Source of the DNA: Diadema antillarum
Lineage: Eukaryota
Assembly (NCBI RefSeq): GCF_040938485.1
Contig: NW_027271066.1
Location: 868,001 to 932,000, forward strand
DNA length: 64,000 bases
Direction of reading: 5' to 3'
The notes under the pieces are model-generated. The model was not told where the DNA came from, did no database searches, and saw nothing but the letters and a program-made list of their open reading frames with translations. Made by a program: the position numbers and the translations under genes. This document shows, one piece after another, positions 1 through 12,500 of this stretch (positions within the stretch are counted from its first letter, which is position 1; every line of letters starts with the position of its first letter).

Positions 1-76
1 AGTATTCCCTCTAAATTACCGAAATTTAGCACAATCGAATAAGGTTTATCGTGTAACTACATATAACTAGGCCTAC

Positions 77-199
77 CTTTGCTGACTCGTTGTTAGATGT
101 AGAGTATCCTTCAGTAATAAATTTGACGATTTTGACCGCAAAATTGTCACCGCCGCTTGTACGATTGTGCACACACGTTACACATAGTGACATACACAT
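77..199 (-). other. Candidate first exon of a divergent gene (41 open codons MCMSLCVTCVHNRTSGG...NNESAK, then a GT donor)
   Basis: ATG at 199, open to AAG|gtaggc at phase 0, inside the CpG-rich region. No recognisable homology. Confidence 0.2.
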
Positions 200-1149
200 G
201 ACATAAACATTTTGTCGCCCGCTACGACCGTACGAGTTGATGCAGAAACGAGAAATGAATGTGAAAAAAACAAACCGACTTATCTAATTTATTTCAATTA
301 CGATGAAAAGTTTCCTAATGAAAATCGAGTCAAATTCATCAAACAGTCCTTCAAAAGTAATATCGAAGGATTCAAAATATATTCAAATATTATTGGGGAA
401 AAAATGACGGCTAGAAAAAAACAGCGGCCTGTCGAAAAAACGCATTTAAGTGCCCTTTATACGTATTGTCAGGGTGGTCGGCTGAAATGAGCAGGGCAAC
501 TGAGTGCGGAAAAAATGACACCCCACGCGTTCGAAGCCGCCATCTAAGAGCGCGTACCTCAGATCGCATTTTCAGTGCGCGCTTGTGAATCCGGAGTATT
601 TTCTCCACACGTGAGTAAAATTTCAGGCAAATTGTGAGATTTTTCACGTTTCTATTGATAGAAAAACGTTAGGTGTCCGGTATTATGAACACCCAACCAT
701 ACTACACATTTGTACTCCTACATCTGGAGTAAAATACTCATGTTTGCGGCAGGTTAAGCCAGGGTTTTTCCACACTGTAAACAAATCAGGCAAATTATCT
801 TCAACCATTTCATATAGACAAGATCATTTACGCTATTGTTTTCATAAAAAATTTGATTAATGACAAACGCAGTTTTCATGATTTACCAGGGCAAAACCCG
901 GCACAATTTTCGCCGATATGCGCCGTAGTAGCTCTGCTTTGCGGCACGATGTACAATCCCTATGCAATAGGCGCGTGCTCCGCGATCTTCAGCTGAACGC
1001 CTTCACATATCTCGCGAACATTGCGTAAGCGCCAATTCCCATTGCAAAAGCACGTGAAAATAGCGGGCACACATGCACTGGCTGCAAACAGGATCGCAAT
1101 TCTGGCGGTGTTGTTGATGTCTTTCTCGTGTTTTTCTCATTTTTTTCTC

Positions 1150-1227
1150 ATTTTTTTTCGATGGTAACATCCACTTTCCGAAAAAAAAAATGGCTGCCCA
1201 CATCGGCTCGCGAAAGTTCTATTTTAC
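1150..1227 (+). other. NAA60: Putative 5' leader exon of NAA60 (start approximate)
   Basis: Strong donor TTTAC|GTGAGT at 1227/1228 in the CpG-rich region, upstream of the acceptor at 3794/3795. Confidence 0.45.
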
Positions 1228-1469
1228 GTGAGTATATGTTTTCAAAATTCATGAACATCGAGAAAACGACAAAAAATCCAGTTTCTTGGACCATTGTTTC
1301 TTAACTGTTATGTTAAGAAGTACTGAAAATTAAATTTTGGATGCGATGTGTTGTCATTTAGGTGAAAAAATTTCACTTTTGTCGGAGATTGTGTCTATTA
1401 ACAGGACTATTTTATCGGTTGGTTTTCATTGATTGGTAGTGTGTTTGTAGTGTGCATGTAATAGTGCAA

Positions 1470-1665
1470 TACTGTAAAAGTGGATATTTTCGCGCGACTA
1501 ATTTTTCACGCTTCGCCGGATAATAAGAGTTTCGTGTGTTTTTAATTCCGCGGAATCAAGACATCACGCACAGGAGCATATGGCAAGTAAAAATATTCGT
1601 GTGCTTTTATTTTCGCGCGAGTTTCTGGTTGCGTGAAATGCGCGAAAATTTCCACTTGTACAGTA
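1470..1665. mobile_element. MITE family A (TACTGTA...TACAGTA, TTTTCGCG-rich), copy 1
   Basis: TACTGTAAAAGTGGATATTTTCGCG is inverted with CGCGAAAATTTCCACTTGTACAGTA. Confidence 0.8.
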
Positions 1666-2741
1666 CTGTGTTTAGCGGTGTATTACCGAGTATGTTGTAC
1701 ATGTACCTGCCGCGAACGGGCGCACGGCCGCATACTGCAGCAGTTACTCTAGACTCTAATGTTAATACTATTAAGTAATTTACTACGACCGCTTTATTAA
1801 CGTTACCGCCCAATTACACTCGTACCACAGTCGTACAGCAGGCACAGCTTTTTTTGCCATTATTTTTTTTCAACTAATGCATACAAAACTGTATCTCAGT
1901 ATTCTAACAGATGTTACAACAATGTATGTCATACTCATTAGGAAGTCCTTCTGAGAATAAAATGTTGATAAACAAAGGAATAAAGGGAATGAAGGAAGGA
2001 CGAAAGATGCTATGCTGTGGAAATCGGCCCCGCCACTCTGTCAATCACGCGTAAACACTGTTTGGTGAGGCCGCATTCACGAGTATTGTGGGAGAAAGCC
2101 CCACCGCTGTGTCAAAGGCCACACAGTGGGGCTGAATTCATGAGTATTTTATAATAGGAAAGCCGTCGTAGTATTAGTAGAAGTTCTACAGCGCACACAG
2201 TGGTGGGGCCTATTTCACAAGTATGCCAAACTTCTTTTATCTCAATTTTGATTTTACTATCTTATACATCACAGAATTTCAGAAAATCCAAAAATATAAC
2301 ACTATCATAATCAACCAGAACTGGCCATGCGTGTTCAAGGCTGCTGAAAAATGTATTGAGGATGTTCTGGTGCCCGTTGGTGACCGAATTCTGGCAAGTC
2401 AGCACTTGCATTCAACCCTTGTATATTTAGTGACTGCATTGGCATGTTCAGAGATTTTTTTTTTTCTTTTGGGTTTTTGCAGATACCATCACACTCCGAG
2501 CTTGCAATAAGTAAAAAATCTCACAACAGAATAGCATATTTCTTAATTTTGAGCGTTTTTTCGGGGACCTGACTCTTAATACTGGACTTCTAATTCCCAT
2601 ACACTTTGGAAATATTGTGCCAATTTTGGATTTTTTACAGCAAAAAATTTGGATTTTGGGAGGTGACTTTCCTGTTGTGAATGACAGTGCCTGTGTGTGA
2701 AATGATGTGATATGCATGTGTTGTGACAATAAAATTTGCTG

Positions 2742-2940
2742 GGCCCCATCTTATAAAGACTTTTGATTGATTCAAATCAATCACAACTTTATAACTGAAT
2801 GCAAATCCATCTTATAAAAAAGTTATGATTGAAATTAAGATGGAGAACTGCAATCAATCAATCACAGGTTGCGATTGATTGCAGCTTTCAAGAGATTTGT
2901 GATTGATTGATTTCTATCACAAGTTTTATAAGACAGGGCC
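2742..2940. mobile_element. Harbinger-like MITE (GGCCC termini)
   Basis: GGCCCCATCTTATAAA / TTTTATAAGACAGGGCC inverted ends; flanks CTG/CTT. Confidence 0.7.
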
Positions 2941-3866
2941 CTTGTTTGTGATTAGTAACAAGTGCCGAATTCTGGCAGGTGGCCAAATACTGGTCAGTAT
3001 ACTCTAAACCCCTACACTGAGCAAAGATTTCAATTTCTATAAACCGCAAAGCAGACCCTTGCCGCAATTAAAAATGACAATTTATTTTGCAAATTAAGAT
3101 CTCAGCTTTGAATGATTAGGTTATTAGGTTACTTTCATTGTGATGATGATGTACAGTGTATGATGTGCATCACACTGCATGATGATGTGGCTGTGTCTAG
3201 CCTGCTACTCCGGGCTTTGAATACATCACAGCCACACATGTGTGTGACTGTATCAAGCAACTCGGGCCACGGATACAGCTACGCGCATGTGGCTGGATGG
3301 TAAAGACACAAGTGTGTGGTTGTTATACACTTCCTGGCTAGAAACTGTGCGTGTGAATGCAATCTGAAAAATCAAATGTTTGTTTCCCAAATTGTACACA
3401 AATTTGCTTTTTAACAAGTCTGTTGCTTAAAAGACTTGGAATAGATTTTATACACATATATCAAAGACTACATTGTGTTTGATTCTGCTCAAATGAAAAA
3501 AGTGTACATGCCTTACCATACGCACCTGTAATGAAGTTCTCACTCTCTCCTTAATGCATCATATTTACTTGAAAGAAAACACATACACTGTACCAAGCAA
3601 ATGGTTATGTCTCACTTACATACATATGCTGTGCTAAAAGGGATTTTTTTTTTTTGAGTGATAAATGTGCGAGAATGCATACATTCGTACCGCACAATGA
3701 GAATATTACCAGAAATATTTTAATTTATCTTTAGAGTAGTACATTCTTCTTTCATGGCTGTTCACAGGATTTGATTGTTCTCTTATATTTACAGAGTTGC
3801 TGAAACTGAGTTGCTGCAACCATGACCAGTCTGATGCAGCCTGCTTGTGTCAGGCATGAACTGTAG

Positions 3867-4240
3867 ATGATGAGCGGGCCAGAGCAGGGACCTTGTGCCG
3901 CGCCCGTGCCATCAGTGGTGAAAACGGACGTAGCTCCAAAGGAGAGTAGTAACAGTGGGAATGTGTGTGGCAGCAGGCATGGTGTTTCCACTGGTACCCA
4001 GAGCAGTGGCAGCAAGGGTAGTGGCAGCAATGGAAATGGCAGTGGTAACGGCAATGGCAGCGGCAGTGGTGGCAATAGTCGCAGGAGCTCCCTGACTGCC
4101 AGGAAAAGCAGCAGTGGTGGTTGCAGCAGCGGGCGGCATCGGGGAGAGGCGTACATTGAGGGTGACATCAAACTTAGATTTCTCTGTCCAGATGACGTTG
4201 AAGCTGTGAAGGGACTGTGCCGAGAGTGGTTTCCTGTCGA
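3867..4240 (+). CDS. NAA60: NAA60 coding exon 1 (exon begins at acceptor 3795)
   Basis: Acceptor tatttacag|3795. G/S/N-rich N-terminus, then IKLRFLCPDDV...WFPVE. Donor GA|gtaagt, phase 2. Confidence 0.9.
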
Positions 4241-6479
4241 GTAAGTATCAATATCTGACTTTGGTGTCATGGCAAAAAAGCTGCACATTCTTATGGTGTG
4301 AACTGAAGGTAAAAGAGATACACTGTATCGTCTTTGCCTTGTGAGCTCCTTGAGTCAGTGTCATATACTGTATAAGCTGTTATTTTCGTGAGAGTTTAAT
4401 TTTCGCGAATTTCGCAAATCACAGTTGGACCGTGAAATCAACAACACAGACAATGTCACCATGTGCTAATGTATAGTGTGCTTATGAAGGCCTCTGTGTC
4501 AATTCGCGAAAACAACATCTCATGAAAATGTTCGTGACCTCATTCGCGAAAATATCTGTACGTAAAAATAACAGCGTATACAGTAGTGACATGTTGCATT
4601 TCATCAAGTTTTGAGGTAGAGTGGGATCTTGTTATGAAGAGGACTGATAATCTTTTTTCTAACAAGGTTCTTACTGTTATTATTTCTTTGCATCTGATAT
4701 ATTGAGAAACCTGGGCCCTGTTGCATGAAACCCTTACCACTGGACTTACCGCTCCTTTCTAGCGGTAAGTCTGCAAATTAGCGGTTAATTTTATAATCCT
4801 TGATGCTGATTGGCTGTGATGCCTAATTTTGATGGTAGTTACCATTGAAATTCAATGGTAAGTTTTAAGCAACGGGCCCCTGATGTAAACAAGGTATTTG
4901 TCATTGTCTTTCAAAATCCTTGGTTTTTACAAATTTCCCCTGTATTTACACCCAAAATACTTCTGTTATGTCTATCTTTTAGGCTTAAACAAAGACAAAC
5001 AATTTTTTGAATAGTCTATGTATAATACAGTTAAGCATCATGTGTTACAACATACAGCCTGAATTTGACTGATCTGTTACAGTGCTAGTGATTCAAAAAA
5101 CAAAGATGAAATTCAAAGAAAAATTGAGAGATGGATATAAAGACAAGGCTACTCACTGTGTGTTTTGAACCGATGCAGTGAACATTTACTAGGAATTAAA
5201 TACCAGTACTTTACAGCAAGTCAATTACCAGTATTTTTTCCTTTTTTTTTTCAATCTCCTTCCAATACTGTGCATAATCTCTGAGAAGTATACTTGCACA
5301 ATATGTGAAGCGCTCTCAAGTCCCAATGGCATGAGACTCATGGCATCTTAAAAGGTGATGGGAGAGTAGTGTGTGTATTAAGTGCTTCACTGGATTAAAT
5401 GACTGTTAAAGCAGCTTTCAAAATATGAAGGCTGCAGTGTGTTTCCTGGTCACACAGGTTAAAGGTCAGAATAGGATTTTCTGATGATTGTTTATACATG
5501 TAAGGGAACTGATCCTTAACATTTTTGTAACCAACTTCAATTTAATAATCTCTAGATGACTTTGTGCACCACAGGTTCTGATCAGGCAGGTCATTACTCC
5601 CCCCCCCCCCCCCCCCCCCCCTGTAAATTGATATCATGACGCTTACAGCTGGTACACATGTAAGTTTTACCTGCATACATGAACAATCAAGAACATAAAA
5701 AGTCTGATGATGCAACTTGTTTTGAACTGATCTTTTACTCTTTAGAAGTGCAATTATGTTTTATTGCATGTGTTGTTAGGGAAAACCCCTCTCAACTTTT
5801 CTGTGTAATCTGCTTGTTTCGAACTTTTTAGATGATAAGGGATTTTATGGGGATAGTTCCTTAATAGATCTACTTGTATGCAGGGCGGATCCAGGATTTC
5901 CACAAAGGGGGGAGGGGGGGGGGGAATGGTGCCTTTACAAAGTTTAAGGGGAGGGGGTGCACACACACCCCATTTGTTTCTTTTTATTTCTTTTGTTTTA
6001 ACAGTTGAAAATAAAGGGGGGGGGGGGCGCACCTGGTACGCCCCTGCCTGGATCTGCCACTGTGTATGTCAATAATTTGTAATATTTCAACCTTCGTCAC
6101 TTTAGTAATGACTTTTATACTGTATGTGATAAGTCTCCATTTCATGATAAGCATACATACAAATCACTTTGGAAATTTTGCTTTGCAAACAATGGATATA
6201 AGTATACAGAGAGTCAAAGTAAGTCAGAAAAATAAAAGAGTTGCCAAACAAAGAGAGAAATTTATGCAGTAGGTTAAGAGTAAGACAGGAAGAATGCCAT
6301 TCAAGATTCAGTAGGACAATGATCTGTCCTTGCTAGAAGGATAATACATTGTCAAGGAGGAACAGACTAAAGAAAGAGAAAATCATTGTGAAATCTGGTG
6401 AAATCAAGCATTCAAGTCCTTTGTGTGCTTTTTATATTTGCTTTTCCAGCAACAGGTCTTTTGAGTGTCAATAAAACAT

Positions 6480-6514
<35 letters not shown>

Positions 6515-9500
6515 TGTATGTGTGTTTGTGTTGTGTGTACAATGTACACTTGTATGTGTGTTCGTATGGGATGACTGGATTATCACTTGATGTGAATATT
6601 CTTTCACTCCTGTTAGCAGTGAGTAAAATTTGTCGTACATGTAGACTGGAAGTGGTACAATCAGACAGTACAGAGATTTCTACCTTAACTTTTATACACT
6701 TTAAAAATTAAGCATTTAAATGACTAGATGTTATGGGTTGGATTTGTCAAGCGCTACTGAGACCATGGAGAAAAACATGAATATGTACAATCATGTGCTT
6801 GTGAGTGGTTTACATAAATTGTAAAACTGCATCCCTCAAATACCCTTTATATCTCCATGACCTTTGATTATAATCAGTCCTCATACGTGTAACAGCAATA
6901 GACCTACAAGCTGTACATGTGTACGTGTATACATACTGTAGTCTACCAAATATGAATTAGCCTCAAGGCAAGTCATAGAAGAAAATTTCTTCTATCATTA
7001 TTATTGGAAGATAATAAAATGGCAAAGGTACCGAATGATTGTTAAACATAAATGATGATACCAATGATGAAACAATCAATACATGTATTGACAATAATAA
7101 AATGATAACAGTGCGTTATTCTAGAGATGCCATGTACTGAAAAACATGAGTAACAAAGTAGACCCTACAAGCACTGAAGATTTGCAATACATGTACATGT
7201 AGGTCTATACAGATGGTTAAAACCAAGGGAACTTGAAAGTGAACAGGAGAATTTGATAGAGATAAAAAACAAACAAACATTTGTTCCATTCAGAAGCTGT
7301 TGTTGCATTGATGCACACACATTTTCTTTACAATCAATTTAAAGGTAAAACTGCAATATGCTCTAAAAGCTTTCATTTTAGCAAATATTTCATCCCAGTA
7401 GACAATACAACTCAAAATACAGCTCAAAGTATAGTGATGTTTCATTGTAAAGTGATTCACATACATGCAAACTGATTCTAAATGTAATCTTCAGCTGTAA
7501 ACAAATGTGTTACATGGCAGGATGAAGTTGATATATATGTACTGACTATAACAAAATGTGAACAGGCCAGTTTTGTATTGAGAAACCTTCATAATTTAAA
7601 TCTGCTCCTGAGGGCCACATGTTAGAAGTTCATCATATACAATAGATAACTATAAAGCATGTTACCCAAACTGTGTGTTGCTGATGGCATTTATCTTGAG
7701 ATGGACACAGTACATGTACGTACATTTATAACTGTACGCACTGTGGAGTACTTCCTTGAATATTCACTTACGAGACACATTCTATGACTGAAATGAAACA
7801 GATTTACTACTCAATTACATGTAGGTACATGTGAAGGTGATGAATGTATAGTTCTTAGACCAGGACAGAAGATGCTACAGGGGTTGCCAGCTTTGACCAT
7901 TTATCATACAGTTGTACCAGGACATTGACGTTTGTGACTTGTGCATGAATTACTAGTAGTGGAGTGTACTATGAGAAGCGAGTGTATGTACAGCATACTG
8001 CCCTGTGAGTCATGATCTTGCAGAACAATAAAGTGCACAGCACCACCTCAAGATAATAGGTCACCTGATTCATGGCATCATCATGTGACTCATTGTATAC
8101 ACTCATTCCCCGACTGTGTGAAATTTAGACTGAGTTCCCATGTTGCAGTCTGAGGAAGTTAGACTGGGAGTTTATAAAAAAAGTATTACCATCCAGTTGC
8201 AATATACACACACATGCATTGTACATACTGTACACCTGTACACTGTACGATAGTTGTTTTCTATTTGTATACAATGTATGCCACACTACAATGTAGCTCT
8301 GTGTAATCAATGCTTGAGATGCCCCTAGCAGCACTTGAGGCAAATGGACTCAGAAATGCATACAGAAAAGACATAGAATGTCTATTCCACTTATTTAGGA
8401 AAATTTCATACAATGTACAATATGTGTTATGAACAACATGATACATGTAATGAACATGTACAGTAGCTTTGTTCTGCACTCCAGTCTATGAGTCCCCCTG
8501 TGACTAGATTACATTTTTCTACCACAATTTCTTAACTATTTTACAGCACCTGAAACGATCAAAAGTGCCTGTTTTAATTATAATTTTTGGTCAAAATTGA
8601 GTAGGAAACATACACGTTTGTATGTAAGTGTACCTTTTACTTGCCAACAAGAAGGCTTTGAGAGAGTCACACACCTAAATGTATCTTGACAAACATACTG
8701 TAACCAATTTTGAACGTACAAATGTATGTTATGTCCAAATTAACTACACTAGTGTTGTGATAATGCATACATGTGCTTGTCCCATTTGATAGATAGATGT
8801 GATATCAGACCGAAATAGCAAAAATTGGTTTACAAATCATATGTATTTTCTATGAATATAAGAGCTGATATCAAAAGGAGTATTGTTTTGTGTCTGCTAT
8901 GAAATGTGAATTGTTTTATATTGTATTCATATTTGTCCACAGATACCCAGACTTCTGGTACAAAGACATCACCAACGACAAACGATTCTTTTCGTTGGCT
9001 GCTGCTGTCAACACAACCATTGTGGGTTTACTGGTGGCTGAGGTTAAGACTAGGGCAAGATGTCATAGAGAGGTAAGACTCCACACTCATTGATTTGAAA
9101 CAGGGAAGTGGTAAGAGACTTCGTGTTTGTATACCATGCATACTGTATACCTAAATACTGGTATGCATTAAAAAAAAAAAAAACTTTGTGGTAAGTCTTT
9201 TTGTTGCTCATACTTTAATTTTTTCCCCTTTGATTATTATTAGTACTTTCATTTTGTAAGATTTATTTTCCCATTACTAGTAATACATATTAATGATGAG
9301 TTTGCTTCTAATACATCCTTTGTATGTCAGTATCATGTTGATGTTGCACTGTATATATGTACTGTAGCTCATGCAGTGCAGCTACAGCTACCGGTAGTCA
9401 ATGTCATTACTCATCCTGGAAGCTTGATGAGATTGCCCACTATACTGTGAGTGACCATCAATGATTGACCATCAGTGATTGACCATTTGGACCCAGAGTG

Positions 9501-12500
9501 GTGACTGATAACTGTGGATATATCAAGACAGATAAACTGTTTTGTTGCTGTGATGTCCTGTGCATGAGTTGTCATTGTGATAAATTCCTCATTATTTGTT
9601 TCCCAGTTTGGATAGTTCAAGGACTTCTTGGCTATCTGCAATGTAGTTCCTTCCTCTGCTGTTATGTTGCACTCTTTAGTTCTGCATGTCTGCATAATCT
9701 CTATAGCTATGAATTGATAGAAATTTGATAATTGTTTTGCCAAATTCATGCGCTTAATTTATACCAAGTGCTGCACCAGTAGGCATCAGAATTAATACAG
9801 TGACTACAGTCATTGTTAGATTACCATTACAGTACATGTGCAAGTCAAAAAGATGAAATGCAGGCCATCTAAAGACCCTGCCTGCATCCACATTCCCTCA
9901 TCATATCAAAGCTCATCTGGTCAGGTAGTTTAAAGGGATGGTACAGTATCGGTGGAGATGAGACTTGGGCTTTTAACTTTTTGCGAGATACCAAGAAAAC
10001 ACTTATGAAAATGTACAAATCATACCATTCTAAGAGGAATTCAAAGTTTATTTGAAGAAAATTTGGTTTGGAATAACTGAAACATCCAAAAACAAAGTAA
10101 AACAAAGCTATCGTAATAAAATATGGGTCCCACACTTTATTAGAATCGCTCTGTTTTGGCTATCTCAGCCATTTCAAAACCAATTTTCATAAAATAAATG
10201 TTGAATTCCTCATGGAATCACATGCTCTTTCATATTTCATAAGAGGTTTCTCATTATCTCACCAAAAAATGTTAGAAACCTGAAATTAGGTCTCAACCAA
10301 AACTACACGATAGTAAAGTCATTCGGTAAGAAGAGTCCTAAATCTTTCTAAAAATCTGAACTGTAATATGACTAGAATCTGCTGATTATTTTTTTTCATC
10401 AGGCAGGTAAAAATGTTTTTGTGTTATGTAATACAGTTATATGCCATATATCTAGTGAATCTAATTTTCCATGAATTGTTACAGTTTCCCAATAATATCC
10501 TGACAATTGAGATGCCTGCCTGGCTTCCGGCAAGATCAACTTGGATGTCCCAGTTGCCCCATGAGCCAAGCTGTGTTGTATGATAAGTTGTGACTGATTG
10601 CTTGTAAAGAAAACAGACAAAATGTATTCAAAATGGCTTTCAGCCAATGAAAAAACATGGCCGTTAATTTCGTATATTTCCCACAACTAGCCAAGTTTTT
10701 GTATTTAATCAAGTTTTTCATGGTGCTGAATATCATTGGGTAATTGATTGTCAAATAGATGTGTTGGCTTGTTATCACTATACAATGTGTTGCATTCTAC
10801 CGTGTGAAAGCTATGGAAGTACATCTGAGTTGGCAATTTGTGAAGTATTTCCCTCTTGAATCATTGAGCTAAATACAAATATTTGATGGAACTGCTTAGA
10901 ATCTCAGACATTTTCTTTATAAACTTCATTAACCAGAAGGTAAAAGTTTGAAAGTCCCTTTTGATAGCTGGTTAAATACCTCTAGTGTTTTTTTTTTCTT
11001 TTTAAATCTATAACATGTACAGTACCATACATGCTATATTAAAGGCAGCAGTACAAAGTGCTTCTTTTATAATTCTATTTTAAATACAGGTACATTACAA
11101 TGCATGCTACAAATGTACATTATATAAGGCAAGAGTAAAAAGTGCTAAAAGTACATTTTGTTTCAGTTGTGAACTTAAATATCTTTTGCTCGCCTGATGT
11201 ATGCTCTGATTCATAGTTATTCACATTCAGTGCAGAGCTCATAGGCTTTTGCATCAGTGTCCTGTTTACTTGAATAAAAGTAGAGTAGACTTGCCATTGC
11301 TTGATGGTTTTCACATATTGAGTGAAAAACCCTCACTATTTACAAATCCAGCTGCTGTGAAATGTGTATAAAATTTAACCTGTGAACAAGCAGTTGCTGG
11401 CAGCCATTAGGCACCACTTTCTGAGAAAATACCACTAAAGCATCACAAAAAGATAAGATGTACGCTATAGGTGAAAAAAAGTCTTTGCCCCTAAACCTTG
11501 GATGCTATGCATTTGATTCTTTAGATAAAAAATAACAACTTAGTACAAGTATCAAAATCAATAGAAAAACTGAACAAACATTAATCATCCTGTAAAATGA
11601 CTAACCAAGATTCCAAGGGCCATACATGTACATTGTAACATTCCAAATTGTAATCCAGCTCCATTCGATTTTTCATCTGTTTGTTTTGCTATAAATACAT
11701 ATGCACTCAATCCAAATACTCATCAGTAGATCATGCTGTTCTTCAAGCTTGAGAAGACATGCTTGCTGTTGCAGTATTGTTTGTCATAAAATGCCAAGGG
11801 CATGGTGGACAAAGGGATGTAGGATCCGTCGTCACATTCGTGCTGCTTGGTGCTATTTTAGGAATGAATCATAAAAGTTTGTCATGCAGAGTTAAAGGTT
11901 TGATCTGACTGTGCACTTATCTTTACCTTGGTCTACCAAATACATGTAGGATGTACCAGCAAATGGTAAATGCATCATGCACAACATTTTTCTAAATGTG
12001 ATTTAAACAAAGCATACTGCAGGTACGTACCCACTTCCCCAGCCCTGCTTACATTGTTCTTGAATGAAAGCACAGCTATTTTTCCTTTCATTTCATTGCC
12101 TTCCATTTCACCCTCGAGCACTTCTCACTCTCAGCAATGTGAGTAGGTTCGATTTGAGAGCCTCCGTGAAATTGTTGGGTGTGGACTTCAAATTGGTCGG
12201 CATTCATTGCCAACCCCATGGTGGCAGTGTTTCTCATCCGAGGTTTTGGGTGCTGGTGCAGAGCGCTGAGCATAGTTTCACTTTCATCTCTGCCAGTGGC
12301 TTTAACCTTGTTGGGGGCGAAATGGATCTTTTGGTCATTACACTGATTACCTGCGGGCCAGTGAACCAGTCCTACTCAATGGAAGAATGCTGCCGAAGGA
12401 ACCATGACTGTTGTGTGGGTCTGTTGTTTGTGAATGTCGGCACTGGATGTCTAAATTCAAGGAGAGATCCTTGTGAGACAATGTGGGTTCTTTCAGTGGA

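Larger units (their letters stand above)
1..2200. promoter_or_regulatory. CpG-rich promoter/first-exon region of NAA60, possibly bidirectional
   Basis: CG dinucleotides are visibly dense here and depleted in most non-TE sequence. A YY1-like AAAATGGCTGCC motif lies at ~1187-1198. There are + strand donor-like sites (|GTGAGT) at 611 and 1228 and a - strand donor-like site (AAG|GTAGGC) at 77/76. Confidence 0.6.

Noticed and set aside
3752-4288. 178 aa minus-strand Leu/Pro-rich ORF (and 3912-4139)
   Set aside because: Antisense shadow of the low-complexity NAA60 exon.
9869-10135. Recurring ORF 'WDPxFITIALFYFVFGCF...' (also 27647-27958 and 50354-50629) suggesting a small gene family
   Set aside because: All lie inside copies of the same non-coding MITE (family B); stop positions differ between copies.
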